A stretch of 64,000 nucleotides of DNA, taken from NCBI GenBank assembly GCA_964386035.1, contig CAYLQT010000010.1, forward strand, positions 14,963-78,962. The letters run 5' to 3'. Positions 41,366 to 51,346 of this stretch are shown here, in pieces. The translations under genes and the position numbers were made by a program. The DNA is from an uncultured Clostridium sp. Lineage in GTDB: Bacteria > Bacillota > Clostridia > Oscillospirales > Acutalibacteraceae. The notes under the pieces were generated by a model. That model was not told where the DNA came from and made no database searches. It saw nothing but the letters and a program-made list of their open reading frames with translations. Every line of letters begins with the position of its first letter. The stretch's first letter is position 1.

Positions 41366-42229
41366 TTATTTTCTCCACACTGCACTTGCGCCGCAGGGCA
41401 GGACAAGCCCCGATGCCGTGACGGGCAAGCCTATCTCATCGGACGTTACCTTGCCGCCGAAAAGCGGCGAGACCGTGCTTGCAAGTATATACTGCATAAC
41501 GGATGCGGAAAGCCCCGTTGTGTAGGAATTTATCAGCACCATGACAGGATCATCCGAGAGAACGGCCGTGCAAAGAGATGCAAAATCATAGACCGCATCT
41601 TCTAATTTCCACACCTCGCCGCCGGGGCCTCTGCCGTATGACGGAGGATCCATGATAATTATATCATACTTATTTCCGCGGCGAATCTCTCGCTCAACAA
41701 ACTTCATGCAGTCATCGACGAGCCAACGCACCGGCTGTGCCGAAAGCCCGCTGACTGCTGCATTCTCTTTTGCCCACGCCACCATACCTTTGGACGCATC
41801 AACATGAGTCACATGAGCACCTGCGTTGAGCGCGGAAACGGTTGCGGCACCTGTGTAGGCAAAAAGGTTCAGCACCTTCAATTCTCTGCGCTCGTTTCTG
41901 ATAATATCGGCTGTCATATCCCAGTTTACAGCCTGCTCGGGGAAAACACCCGTATGCTTAAAGCCCATGGGCTTGACCATAAAGGAGAGATCTCCGTACT
42001 TTATCTTCCACGAATCGGGGATCTTCCTTCTTATGTCCCACTTGCCGCCGCCCGAGGAGGAACGGTTATAGACCGCATGTGCTTTATACCACAGCGGATG
42101 CTTCTTTTCGGTTTTCCAAATAACCTGGGGATCGGGTCTTATCAAAATAACCTCGCCCCAGCGTTCAAGACGCTGACCCGAAGAGCAATCGAGCAGTTCA
42201 TAATCCTTCCATTTGTCGGCAACACGCAT
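41366..42229 (-). CDS. class I SAM-dependent methyltransferase (RlmI/RlmK-like)
   Basis: FKHTGVFPEQ, VLNLFAYTG, VDASKG, DPPSYGRG. Confidence 0.88.
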   Translation of the reverse strand: MRVADKWKDYELLDCSSGQRLERWGEVILIRPDPQVIWKTEKKHPLWYKAHAVYNRSSSGGGKWDIRRKIPDSWKIKYGDLSFMVKPMGFKHTGVFPEQAVNWDMTADIIRNERRELKVLNLFAYTGAATVSALNAGAHVTHVDASKGMVAWAKENAAVSGLSAQPVRWLVDDCMKFVEREIRRGNKYDIIIMDPPSYGRGPGGEVWKLEDAVYDFASLCTAVLSDDPVMVLINSYTTGLSASVMQYILASTVSPLFGGKVTSDEIGLPVTASGLVLPCGASAVWRK

Positions 42230-42283
42230 TAAAGTTTTCCTCTTACAGCCGTGAGTATGCACGGCAGTCCTTTCGGGGTGAAT

Positions 42284-43633
42284 TTATATAAGTCGTTCTT
42301 TGACGACCTCGGCTATTTCATCGCAGAGCTTTTTTATAAGTGCCTCATCCTTGCCCTCGAGCATAACTCTGACAAGCGGCTCGGTACCCGAAACTCTGAC
42401 AAGCACACGGCCGTCATCACCGAGTTCGGACTCTGCCTTTGCAATAGCCTTCTTTATCTCTTCATCTGTGGCAAAGCGAACCTTGCCTATATTGGAAACT
42501 CGGACATTCTTGAGCACCTGGGGATAGACCTCCATGCACTTTGCAAGCTCGGAGAGCTTTTTGCCCGTTCTCTTCATCGTCTGGAGCACCTGTGCGGCTG
42601 TAACCTCGCCGTCACCGGTGGTGGAATGGCGAAGGAATATGACATGACCCGACTGCTCGCCGCCTATCATAAAGCCTTTTTCGAGCATACGCTCAAGCAC
42701 ATAGCGGTCTCCGACCTTGGTTATCTCGCATTTTATCCCGTTATCGGCACAGAAACGGTGGAAGCCCATGTTGCTCATAACGGTAACAACAGCCGTGTCG
42801 CCGTCAAGCTCGCCTCGCTCCTTCATATCCTTGGCACAGATGGCGATTATCTTATCGCCGTCCACTATATCGCCGTTTTCGTCAACGGCAAGCATACGGT
42901 CGGCATCGCCGTCAAATGCAAAGCCTGCCATGAGTCCGTTTTCAACGACATATTTTTGAAGATTCTCAAGATGCGTTGAACCGCAGTTATCATTGATATT
43001 GACACCGTTCGGCTCGTTTGAGAGCACATGGCACTCTGCGCCCATCTGCATGAAAAACTCGGGAGCGGTTATGCTCGAAGATCCGTTGGCACAATCGAGC
43101 GCTATCTTCATATTGTTGAATCTGAAATCAACGGTTGAGCAAAGATGCGTTATATAATCAAAAATCGGCATTTCCGAGGTGCTTACTCTGCCGACCTCAC
43201 CGCCTATTTTGACAGGCGGCACAACGGTCTCATCGAGAATTATCGCCTCTATCTCCTCCTCGAGTGCATCGGGGAGCTTATATCCGTCGGACTTGAAAAT
43301 CTTAATTCCGTTATATTCGCAGGGGTTATGAGATGCGGAAATCATAATTCCGGCATCATACTGATATTTGCCCACGAGATATGCAACCGCCGGAGTTGGC
43401 ACAACTCCGAGCAGAAGAACATCTGCTCCGACCGAACAAAGACCTGCGCTGATTGCGGACTCGAGCATCTCCGAAGATGCACGGGTGTCCATACCTATGA
43501 GCACACGGGGGCGCTTATGGGTGCTGTCCGTGAGTACCATTGCGGTGGCTCTGCCTATCTTCATCGCAAGCTCGCAGGTGAGTTCGCTGTTCGCCACGCC
43601 TCTCGCACCATCAGTTCCGAAAAGTCTTCCCAC
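42284..43633 (-). CDS. glmM: phosphoglucosamine mutase
   Basis: LFGTDGARG, ISASHNP, FDGDADR, GGEQSGH, RVSGTEP. Confidence 0.97.
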   Translation of the reverse strand: MGRLFGTDGARGVANSELTCELAMKIGRATAMVLTDSTHKRPRVLIGMDTRASSEMLESAISAGLCSVGADVLLLGVVPTPAVAYLVGKYQYDAGIMISASHNPCEYNGIKIFKSDGYKLPDALEEEIEAIILDETVVPPVKIGGEVGRVSTSEMPIFDYITHLCSTVDFRFNNMKIALDCANGSSSITAPEFFMQMGAECHVLSNEPNGVNINDNCGSTHLENLQKYVVENGLMAGFAFDGDADRMLAVDENGDIVDGDKIIAICAKDMKERGELDGDTAVVTVMSNMGFHRFCADNGIKCEITKVGDRYVLERMLEKGFMIGGEQSGHVIFLRHSTTGDGEVTAAQVLQTMKRTGKKLSELAKCMEVYPQVLKNVRVSNIGKVRFATDEEIKKAIAKAESELGDDGRVLVRVSGTEPLVRVMLEGKDEALIKKLCDEIAEVVKERLI

Positions 43634-43651
43634 TATAAAAACCTCCTGACA

Positions 43652-44680
43652 TCAAATATCGAATTGCTGCTGACCCGGCATCGGTATGCCGAGATGCCTA
43701 TAGCCTGCAGGCGTTACAGTACGCCCACGGGGAGTTCTGCTCAAAAAGCCTATCTGCATAAGATACGGCTCATAAACATCTTCAATCGTTATCGCTTCCT
43801 CACCAACTGCTGCGGCGATGGTTTCGAGTCCCACAGGGCCGCCGTTATAGTTTCTTATCATCGTGGTGAGCACAAGCCGGTCGATAGAATCGAGACCGAG
43901 GGCATCGACCTCCATTCTGTCAAGCGCCATGGAAGCAGTCTCACGGGTTATAACGCCGTTGCCCATGACCTGAGCAAAGTCTCTGACACGCTTTAAAAAT
44001 CTGTTGGCTATTCGGGGCGTTCCTCTCGAGCGTGAGGCAATCTCAGCCGCACCGCTCTGCTCCATCTCGATACCCAAAATTCCGGCAGAGCGTGTGACTA
44101 TCTGTGCGAGCTGCTCGGGGGTATACATTTCAAGTCGAAGTATAACGCCGAAACGGTCTCTCAAGGGTGCACTGAGCTGGCCTGCCCTTGTAGTGGCACC
44201 GACGAGTGTGAAATGCGGCAAATCAAGCCTTATAGACCGTGCCGAAGGGCCTTTGCCTATAATTATATCTATTGCGCTGTCCTCCATTGCGGGGTAGAGA
44301 ACCTCTTCGACCGCACGGGACAAGCGGTGAATTTCATCAACAAACAGAACATCGCCGTCATTGAGATTCGTAAGCAATGCGGCGAGATCACCGGGCTTTT
44401 CGATAGCAGGGCCGGAGGTGACACGAATATTGACGTTCATCTCGTTTGCTATTATTCCAGCAAGAGTTGTCTTTCCGAGACCGGGAGGACCATAGAGCAA
44501 AACATGATCAAGGCAATCGCCTCTCCGGCGAGCCGCTTCGATATAGACCGAAAGATTTTCCTTCGCCTTCTCCTGTCCTATATAATCAGTGAGCTGACGG
44601 GGACGCAGAGAAAACTCAAGATCCGAGTCCTCCGGCGAGAGATCGGGGGTAACTATGCGATTTTCCATATCCATATCCAT
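43652..44680 (-). CDS. ruvB: Holliday junction branch migration helicase RuvB
   Basis: [45 protein letters not shown]. Confidence 0.98.
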   Translation of the reverse strand: MDMDMENRIVTPDLSPEDSDLEFSLRPRQLTDYIGQEKAKENLSVYIEAARRRGDCLDHVLLYGPPGLGKTTLAGIIANEMNVNIRVTSGPAIEKPGDLAALLTNLNDGDVLFVDEIHRLSRAVEEVLYPAMEDSAIDIIIGKGPSARSIRLDLPHFTLVGATTRAGQLSAPLRDRFGVILRLEMYTPEQLAQIVTRSAGILGIEMEQSGAAEIASRSRGTPRIANRFLKRVRDFAQVMGNGVITRETASMALDRMEVDALGLDSIDRLVLTTMIRNYNGGPVGLETIAAAVGEEAITIEDVYEPYLMQIGFLSRTPRGRTVTPAGYRHLGIPMPGQQQFDI

Positions 44681-44702
44681 AATTTCGTCCTCCTTTCACC
44701 TT

Positions 44703-45308
44703 TTATATATTCTTTGAAATAAGGCGCAATGCCTGCTTGATAAGCTCCTCCGACGGGAGCGACTGATCGAGTCTGCCGACTGCCGCCGCCGCCTCGCTCT
44801 TTGAATAGCCGAGCATAACGAGGGCATCGACCGCTTCGGAACCGGAATCGGAGGCTTCTGCGGCATTTATTGCATCTATTTCCTCGCTGTTTTGCGAGGT
44901 GATATACGATTTCAATTTATCTTTAAGCTCGAGCACGACACGCTGTGCAATCTTTGCACCAACTCCCTGTGCGGCGGTTATGGACTTTGTATCGCCCGAT
45001 GCCACGCACACGGCAAGTCTGCCCGGAGTGAGCTGTGAGAGTATCGCAAGCGCCGCCTTGGGGCCTACGCCCGTAACATTTATCAGCAGCTTGAAACAGT
45101 CCAGCTCATCCTTGTCATAGAAGCCGAACATATCAAGTGCATCCTCTCGGACATTGAGATAAGCGTAAAGAGTGACAGTCTCACCGACAGCACCGATTCT
45201 TTTAAGTGTATTGGCAGTGGCACTGCAATTAAACGCCACGCCGCCGCAACTGACTGCAACAGACGAAACATCCGCATAGACTACCTTGCCTGTGATACTG
45301 TAAAACAT
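44703..45308 (-). CDS. ruvA: Holliday junction branch migration protein RuvA
   Basis: YLNVRED, VTGVGPKAAL, GVGAKIAQRVVLELKDK, ALVMLGY. Confidence 0.96.
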   Translation of the reverse strand: MFYSITGKVVYADVSSVAVSCGGVAFNCSATANTLKRIGAVGETVTLYAYLNVREDALDMFGFYDKDELDCFKLLINVTGVGPKAALAILSQLTPGRLAVCVASGDTKSITAAQGVGAKIAQRVVLELKDKLKSYITSQNSEEIDAINAAEASDSGSEAVDALVMLGYSKSEAAAAVGRLDQSLPSEELIKQALRLISKNI

Positions 45309-45319
45309 AACTTCACCTC

Positions 45320-45820
45320 TTATTTATAAAGTCCGAGCTTACCCATAACCGAGCCGCTGCAATGGCAATGACACACCGCCATGGCGAGTGCGTCTGCGGC
45401 ATCGTCGGGCTTCGGGATTTTATCGAGATTGAGGATTATCCTCGTCATCTCCTGCACCTGCTTTTTCTCCGCTCTGCCGTAACCGACAACGCTCTGCTTG
45501 ACTTGCAGGGGGGTGTACTCAAAAATCGGAATATTGTGCTTTTGTGCGGCTAAGACGAGCACTCCCCTCGCCTGACTGACATCGATAACCGTTTTTGCGT
45601 TGTTGTTATAAAACAGCTTTTCTATCGACATCGCTTCGGGATGATACTTATCCATTAAAGCGGAAACATCATCATATATACGCTCGAGACGCAGGTTAAA
45701 GGGCATACCGGCAGGGGTTGTGACAGCACCGTAATCAAGCATTTTAAAATGGTTGTTTTTGTACTCCACAACACCGCAGCCAACTATAGCATAGCCGGGG
45801 TCAATACCGAGAACTATCAT
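45320..45820 (-). CDS. ruvC: crossover junction endodeoxyribonuclease RuvC
   Basis: LGIDPG, IEKLF, EYTPLQVKQ, PDDAADALA. Confidence 0.97.
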   Translation of the reverse strand: MIVLGIDPGYAIVGCGVVEYKNNHFKMLDYGAVTTPAGMPFNLRLERIYDDVSALMDKYHPEAMSIEKLFYNNNAKTVIDVSQARGVLVLAAQKHNIPIFEYTPLQVKQSVVGYGRAEKKQVQEMTRIILNLDKIPKPDDAADALAMAVCHCHCSGSVMGKLGLYK

Positions 45821-47145
45821 TTCTTGCCCGATTCCCTTTCCCTGATTATCATTCGTGTAGGCGTACCCTCAAGACCGAACACCGAACGGATCTGATTGTC
45901 AATATAACGCTGATAGCTGTAATGGAACAGATCCTTGCGATTGACAAAGCAGACGAATGTCGGCGGACGGGTGGAAGCCTGAGTCATATAGAATATCTTG
46001 AGTCTCCTGCCCTTATCTGTGGGCGGCTGAACTCTCGCCGTGGCATCTGCCAAAAGGTCATTGAGTCTGCCCGTGGAGATACGCATGGCGTTCTGATCGT
46101 CAACATACTTGATAAGCTCGAAAAGTCTGTCAAGCCTCAAGCCTGTTTTAGCGGAGATGAAGATTATAGGTGCATAGGACATAAACGAGAAATCATTCAT
46201 CAGCTTCTTGCGGTAGGAATCCATGGTCTTGCCGTCCTTTTCGACAGCATCCCATTTGTTGACGGCTATTATGCAAGCCTTGCCGAGGTCGTGAGCAATG
46301 CCCGCAACCTTGGAATCCTGCTCGGTGAAGCCCTCCACTGCATCTATCATTATAACACATACCTGTGCGCGTTCAACAGCCATTCTCGCTCTGATGACGG
46401 AATATTTTTCGATTGCGTCATAGACACGGCTCTTTCTGCGAAGACCGGCAGTATCGATAAAGACGAACTTACCATAGGAATTTTCCACATAGGAGTCCGT
46501 TGCATCACGGGTAGTACCTGCGATGTTTGAGACTATCATTCTGTCCTCGCCCAAAATCGCATTGACGAGCGAGGATTTGCCGACATTCGGCTTGCCGATA
46601 ACGGCCACCTTTATGGTCTCATCCTCGTCCTCGGTCTCATCCTCGAACGGCAGATACTCGCACACACGCTCAAGCAGGTCACCTGTACCCATACCATGAA
46701 CCGACGACACGGGAACGGGATCACCCAAACCGAGATTATAGAACTCATAAAACTCCGCAGGCGGTTCACCAACGGTATCGCACTTGTTGACGCACAGAAC
46801 TATGGGCTTCCCGCTCTTTTGAAGCATGGATGCCACCTCACTGTCAGTCGAGACTACGCCGGAGCGCACATCTGTGACAAGGATTATAACATCCGCACTG
46901 TCTATTGCAAGCTGAGCCTGACGGCGCATCTGCTTTAAAATTATATCATCGGAATACGGCTCTATACCGCCCGTATCGACGAGCAGCATGGTTCTATTTC
47001 CCCACTCGCAGTCCCCGTATATTCTGTCACGGGTGACACCGGGCGTATCGTCAACTATGGACAGGCGTGCTCCGACGAGCTTATTGAACAAAGTTGATTT
47101 GCCGACATTGGGTCTGCCGACTATTGCCACTACCGGCTTTGACAT
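45817..47145 (-). CDS. der: ribosome biogenesis GTPase Der (EngA)
   Basis: Two G domains: GRPNVGKS/DTGG/NKCD and GKPNVGKS/DTAG/NKWD; C-terminal KH-like PPTF. Confidence 0.98.
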   Translation of the reverse strand: MSKPVVAIVGRPNVGKSTLFNKLVGARLSIVDDTPGVTRDRIYGDCEWGNRTMLLVDTGGIEPYSDDIILKQMRRQAQLAIDSADVIILVTDVRSGVVSTDSEVASMLQKSGKPIVLCVNKCDTVGEPPAEFYEFYNLGLGDPVPVSSVHGMGTGDLLERVCEYLPFEDETEDEDETIKVAVIGKPNVGKSSLVNAILGEDRMIVSNIAGTTRDATDSYVENSYGKFVFIDTAGLRRKSRVYDAIEKYSVIRARMAVERAQVCVIMIDAVEGFTEQDSKVAGIAHDLGKACIIAVNKWDAVEKDGKTMDSYRKKLMNDFSFMSYAPIIFISAKTGLRLDRLFELIKYVDDQNAMRISTGRLNDLLADATARVQPPTDKGRRLKIFYMTQASTRPPTFVCFVNRKDLFHYSYQRYIDNQIRSVFGLEGTPTRMIIRERESGKK

Positions 47146-47211
47146 ATCTATGACCGCACGATACCGGGAAATACCGATACCGCTTCCTTTCTGAATTTCT
47201 TAATAAAAATC

Positions 47212-47243
47212 AAAAAGGCAGAGAAGGCTCATCCTCCTCTACC
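47212..47243 (-). terminator. intrinsic terminator between rpmF and der
   Basis: GGTAGAGGAGG-ATGAG-CCTTCTCTGCC-TTTTT on minus strand. Confidence 0.7.
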
Positions 47244-47247
47244 TCTC

Positions 47248-47354
47248 CGCATTCATGACTTGTACGAAGCACAGCTGAAGCAATGCTTCAGCTTAACATT
47301 TAACGCTTTGAGCCGCCGGAACACGGCCGCTTTACGAGTCATATTTGACTTGCG
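47248..47354 (-). ncRNA. candidate structured RNA element (unassigned) downstream of rpmF
   Basis: Long-range complementary arms ATGACTCGTAAAGC / GCTTCGTACAAGTCAT enclose hairpins GCCG-TGTTC-CGGC and AGCTGAAGCA-T-TGCTTCAGCT. Confidence 0.35.
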
Positions 47355-47369
47355 TGTGTTTCAAAGGGC

Positions 47370-47552
47370 TCATGCGTCCTTCTTAATCACTTGCTTGCCT
47401 TTGTAATAGCCGCACTCGGGGCATATTCTGTGGGGTCTCTTGTACTCCCCGCACTGCGGGCACTTAACGAGCTCGGGAGCCTCCATCTTCCAAACGTTGG
47501 AACGTCTCTTGTCTCGTCTTGCGCTTGATACTCTTCTCTTGGGTACCGCCAT
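47370..47552 (-). CDS. rpmF: 50S ribosomal protein L32
   Basis: MAVPKRRVS...CPQCG...PHRICPECGYY (Zn-binding form). Confidence 0.98.
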   Translation of the reverse strand: MAVPKRRVSSARRDKRRSNVWKMEAPELVKCPQCGEYKRPHRICPECGYYKGKQVIKKDA

Positions 47553-47600
47553 GTTGAGCACCTCCTTAATACTAGTGCATTGAATGTGGAAAAAATCCTT

Positions 47601-48095
47601 TTAATTATCCAAAAGCTGTGCCAAAGCTTCAAGACGGGGGTCTATCGGCTTCTTGCAGCTGCATTGGCTGACATTGAGATCGGCGCCGCAGAACTGGCAA
47701 ACGCCCTTGCAGTCATCCTTACACAAAATCTTGCTCGGAAGTGAGAGGAAAACATCCTCTCTCACAAGAGGATCAAGCTCAAAGTGCATATCCTCAACAA
47801 GAAGCAGCTCATCGTTATCCTCATCATTGAGTGAGGTGACGAGAGTGTGTGAAACGGGGACTGTGAAAACACGGTCGATTGAAGCGGCACAACGGTTGCA
47901 ATCGGTAGCGACTTCAACTGTTGCTTCTGCATTGATGCAGACTATGCCGGCTCGGTTTGTAACCTCGCCTTTAATTTTGACAGGCGTTTTAAATGGCCTG
48001 TCCGCCCAGAACTCTTCATCGGAAAAATCCATTGTAAAATCAAACGCTTGGGACATCCCGATATTGTTGAAAAGCGGCTCTAATTCGATAAACAT
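47601..48095 (-). CDS. yceD: YceD/DUF177 family protein
   Basis: CNRC, LPSKILCKDDCKGVCQFCG, IDPRL..L; upstream of rpmF. Confidence 0.92.
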   Translation of the reverse strand: MFIELEPLFNNIGMSQAFDFTMDFSDEEFWADRPFKTPVKIKGEVTNRAGIVCINAEATVEVATDCNRCAASIDRVFTVPVSHTLVTSLNDEDNDELLLVEDMHFELDPLVREDVFLSLPSKILCKDDCKGVCQFCGADLNVSQCSCKKPIDPRLEALAQLLDN

Positions 48096-48166
48096 AGGTA
48101 TCACCTTGCCACGACGGTGGGTAATTGGCATAATTATACCGTCTACTTCAAATCCGCGCAGAAAGT

Positions 48167-48195
48167 ATTATAACTTCCTACGCGGGTTTTGTCAA
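48167..48195 (-). promoter_or_regulatory. consensus sigmaA promoter for yceD-rpmF
   Basis: TTGACA-N17-TATAAT. Confidence 0.8.
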
Positions 48196-48226
48196 TAAAA
48201 ACTTCGGTTTTTTGAATTTTTTTCTT

Positions 48227-48643
48227 TTACAGCTTCTGGCAGAAGTCGAAAATTCTCTCGGGAAGCTCACTCTCATCAGCAGAAATGGTGAAAATGAAGT
48301 TCTTCTCGGTTATATCGCTAAGCTCCTTGACCTTCTCAAGGAAAACAGCAAGCTCGTCATAATCTCTGCCGCCGATTCTCAGAGTAGCGTCAACAAGAAT
48401 ATCGGTGATGTCGTGGTCACCTGCACAGATTCCGCTGAGGAAGCCGTAAAACGCCTTGTATCCGCTGACCTTATAGAAATCGGTCTCCATAAGTCTTGCA
48501 CGATAATTGATGTCGTAGGTCAGAAGTCTTTCCTTCTCAACGCAGACAACGTTACCGCTGGAAGCCTCAACAGCCTTGTTTACCTGCTCGATGAGGCGCT
48601 TTGTTTTGCCTGAGCCTTTGCGTCCTGTGATCAAAGAAATCAT
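48227..48643 (-). CDS. small clostridial P-loop protein of unknown function
   Basis: MISLITGRKGSGKTK Walker A; DITDILVD Walker-B-like; 138 aa. Confidence 0.8.
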   Translation of the reverse strand: MISLITGRKGSGKTKRLIEQVNKAVEASSGNVVCVEKERLLTYDINYRARLMETDFYKVSGYKAFYGFLSGICAGDHDITDILVDATLRIGGRDYDELAVFLEKVKELSDITEKNFIFTISADESELPERIFDFCQKL

Positions 48644-48655
48644 TTAGAATTCCTC

Positions 48656-49996
48656 CTAAAAATTTATTCTGTTTTCAAGCTCCGCACGACGCTCCTCATA
48701 GCCGGGCTTACCCATGAGAGCGAACATATTGAGCTTATAACTTTCAACGCCGGGCTGGTCGAACGGATTAACTCCGAGGACATAGCCGGAAATTCCGCAG
48801 GCCTTCTCGAAGAAGTAGACGAGCTGACCGAGATTGTATTCATCCATGCTGTCAACCTCAATGAGGATGTTGGGCACGCCGCCGTCGGTATGTGCGAGGA
48901 CTGTACCCTCGAATGCCTTGCGGTTAACCTCGGACATCGCCTTGCCTGCGAGGAAATTGAGTCCGTCCTCATTATCAGCCGTAGCCTCTATGACAAGGTC
49001 ACGCTTGGGCTGATTGAATGTGACAACGGTCTCAAACAGAGATCTTTCACCCTGCTGAATATACTGACCGAGAGAATGGAGATCGGTGGAGAAAATCGCA
49101 GATGCTGGGAAGATACCCTTGTTCTCCTTGCCCTCGCTCTCACCGAAGAGCTGCTTGAACCACTCACACATCATTGTGTAATCCGGCTCATATGCCGCCA
49201 TCATCTCTATCTTCTTGCCGCTTCTGTAAAGAATATTGCGTATAGCAGCATAGCGATAGCAGTCATTCTTCATAATATCGGGATTGGCATACTGCTCTCT
49301 CGCATCTGCCGCACCCTTCATGAGCATATCAATATTGATACCTGCAACGGCTATCGGGAGCAGTCCGACTGCGGTGAGCACGGAATATCTGCCGCCGACA
49401 TCATCGGGAACCACAAAAGTCTCATACCCCTCTGCATCGGACATATTGCGAAGTGCACCCTTTGCCTTATCGGTGGTGGCATAAATTCTGCCCTTTGCGC
49501 CGTCCTTGCCGTACTTTTTGATGAGCAGGTCTCTGAAGATTCTGAAAGCGAGCGCCGGCTCGGTAGTGGTGCCCGACTTCGATATAACATTAACGGAAAA
49601 GTCCTTATCACGGCAGAGGTCAACGAGCTCTGCAAGGGACGATGAGCTGATGGTGTTGCCCGCAAAATATATCTGCGGAGTGCCTTTTGCGGTATCATTG
49701 TACTTCTGCGACTTGACAAACTCTATTGCAGCTCTTGCGCCGAGATAGGAGCCGCCGATACCGATGACAATCAGTATCTCGGAATCTTTCTTTATCTTCT
49801 CGGCCGCAGCCTTGATTCTTGAGAACTCATCCTTGTCATAATTCACGGGAAGATCTATCCAACCGAGGAACGCATTGCCTGCGCCCGTACCGTTGTGAAG
49901 CTTCTCATGTGCAGCGGTTATCTCCGCCTGAATAGCAGTAAGCTTATCGGTATTTGCCGCCTCGCCAACAAACGAGGTGTTAAGTCTGACTGACAT
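48656..49996 (-). CDS. pgi: glucose-6-phosphate isomerase
   Basis: [54 protein letters not shown]. Confidence 0.98.
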   Translation of the reverse strand: MSVRLNTSFVGEAANTDKLTAIQAEITAAHEKLHNGTGAGNAFLGWIDLPVNYDKDEFSRIKAAAEKIKKDSEILIVIGIGGSYLGARAAIEFVKSQKYNDTAKGTPQIYFAGNTISSSSLAELVDLCRDKDFSVNVISKSGTTTEPALAFRIFRDLLIKKYGKDGAKGRIYATTDKAKGALRNMSDAEGYETFVVPDDVGGRYSVLTAVGLLPIAVAGINIDMLMKGAADAREQYANPDIMKNDCYRYAAIRNILYRSGKKIEMMAAYEPDYTMMCEWFKQLFGESEGKENKGIFPASAIFSTDLHSLGQYIQQGERSLFETVVTFNQPKRDLVIEATADNEDGLNFLAGKAMSEVNRKAFEGTVLAHTDGGVPNILIEVDSMDEYNLGQLVYFFEKACGISGYVLGVNPFDQPGVESYKLNMFALMGKPGYEERRAELENRINF

Positions 49997-50070
49997 TCTC
50001 TTTTTCCCCCATATCTTGTTTGAGAGATCACATGACCTCCAGCTCACTTGAGCTCTTTTATGTTGAGAAT

Positions 50071-50099
50071 ATTTTAACTTATTTCGATAGGTATTTCAA
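50071..50099 (-). promoter_or_regulatory. sigmaA promoter for pgi
   Basis: TTGAAA-N17-TAAAAT. Confidence 0.6.
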
Positions 50100-50196
50100 G
50101 CATTAAACGCAATATTTAACGAAAAATTAAAACAGATTTTGCCAATAGGCTTTAATTTCGTCATTTTTCGGTATCGAAACACAGCTTTTGTTAAAA

Positions 50197-51291
50197 TCAG
50201 GCGTTTTGAGAGCTTCTGTACGCCTCTACTTCCCAGTTTGTAATGAAGTCGGTCAGCTCCTCTGTCATGTGTGAAGCACCACCGAACGAGCGTGCGTAAA
50301 CGGCAATGTCAGCCGCATCCTCAAAGAGCAGCTCGGCTGTCGCCGCCTGCTTTTCGCTGTCTCCGACGCAAAACACACCCTTGCCTTTGAGAAGAATAAC
50401 TCTCGGCAAAAAGCCGTGTTTTTTGCGATACAGTTCAACCTCACCGTTCGCACCGTCAAGGCTCTCAAGCCACAGCGGATATGCCTTGCAATAAACGATA
50501 TGGTCGGGAGTAAACGGTCTGAGAAGCTCCCATGCCGCAGTGCTGTCGGCAACGAAACTCTCGGAAATTCCGTGCGGCACTTCCTTTATTATCATGCCCT
50601 CGGGGAAGGCGCACAGCAACGCTTTTTTTGCTTCGCCGTCACAGGTGGGCGTTTTATCAAATGACGGGGACTCCTCGAGTGCGGAATCGATAGAGCCGAG
50701 CACAAAATCGAGCTTTTTGCCCAATTCAGCAACCGTGTCTGCGGCTATGAATATGCCGTGATTTTCAAGCAGGAGCATATCGCAGTCCATGCCGACATTC
50801 GCCTTATATTCAGCGAGCTTATCTCGGCAAAGCTTTGCGAGAATATAACCGGGGCGGCACTGCTCTATCCAGATAAAATCTCTGTCTATGACCTTTTTTG
50901 CCGCAGCTTCGCCACCCTTTGAGCAAGTCACACCGTTTATCTTCGAGGGGTGCAGATGAAGCACAAAGCGATGCGGAAAAAGTCCGTGCAGAGTGGTCTC
51001 AACGCTCGGTCGTCTCTCTTCGCCGGGGACTCTCGCCGCCATGAGGTCATCGAGTACAGCCGCCTCACGCTCGGCATCCGAGTCGGGATAGGAGTTGGAG
51101 AAAATCGAATTAAGCTTTTCAAGATCCATCTCAACAAATCCATGCGCCGTTATTGTGGCAAGTGCAGTGCCCGAGCCTTTGACCCACATTCTGCCGTTTT
51201 CCTTTGCCGAGGTGTTGCCGCCGCCGGCAAGCACGAGAGATGGGTTTGAGCCGTAACAGTTTGAAAATTCAACAAGTTCATCTATAAGCAT
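50197..51291 (-). CDS. class II aldolase/adducin-family protein (RhaD-like domain)
   Basis: LAGGGNTSAK, VKGSG, PSVETTLH, HLHP, LENHGIF, TPDHIVY. Confidence 0.85.
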   Translation of the reverse strand: MLIDELVEFSNCYGSNPSLVLAGGGNTSAKENGRMWVKGSGTALATITAHGFVEMDLEKLNSIFSNSYPDSDAEREAAVLDDLMAARVPGEERRPSVETTLHGLFPHRFVLHLHPSKINGVTCSKGGEAAAKKVIDRDFIWIEQCRPGYILAKLCRDKLAEYKANVGMDCDMLLLENHGIFIAADTVAELGKKLDFVLGSIDSALEESPSFDKTPTCDGEAKKALLCAFPEGMIIKEVPHGISESFVADSTAAWELLRPFTPDHIVYCKAYPLWLESLDGANGEVELYRKKHGFLPRVILLKGKGVFCVGDSEKQAATAELLFEDAADIAVYARSFGGASHMTEELTDFITNWEVEAYRSSQNA

Positions 51292-51346
51292 ATTATCACC
51301 TTTATAAAACTTTCGGGGCACGGAAAACCATGCCCCGATTTTTAAT

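Noticed and set aside
47212-47369. Lysine riboswitch (AGAGGT) or 6S RNA assignment
   Set aside because: AGAGG lies in the terminator arm with no aptamer following; the structured part (~107 nt) is too short and branched for 6S
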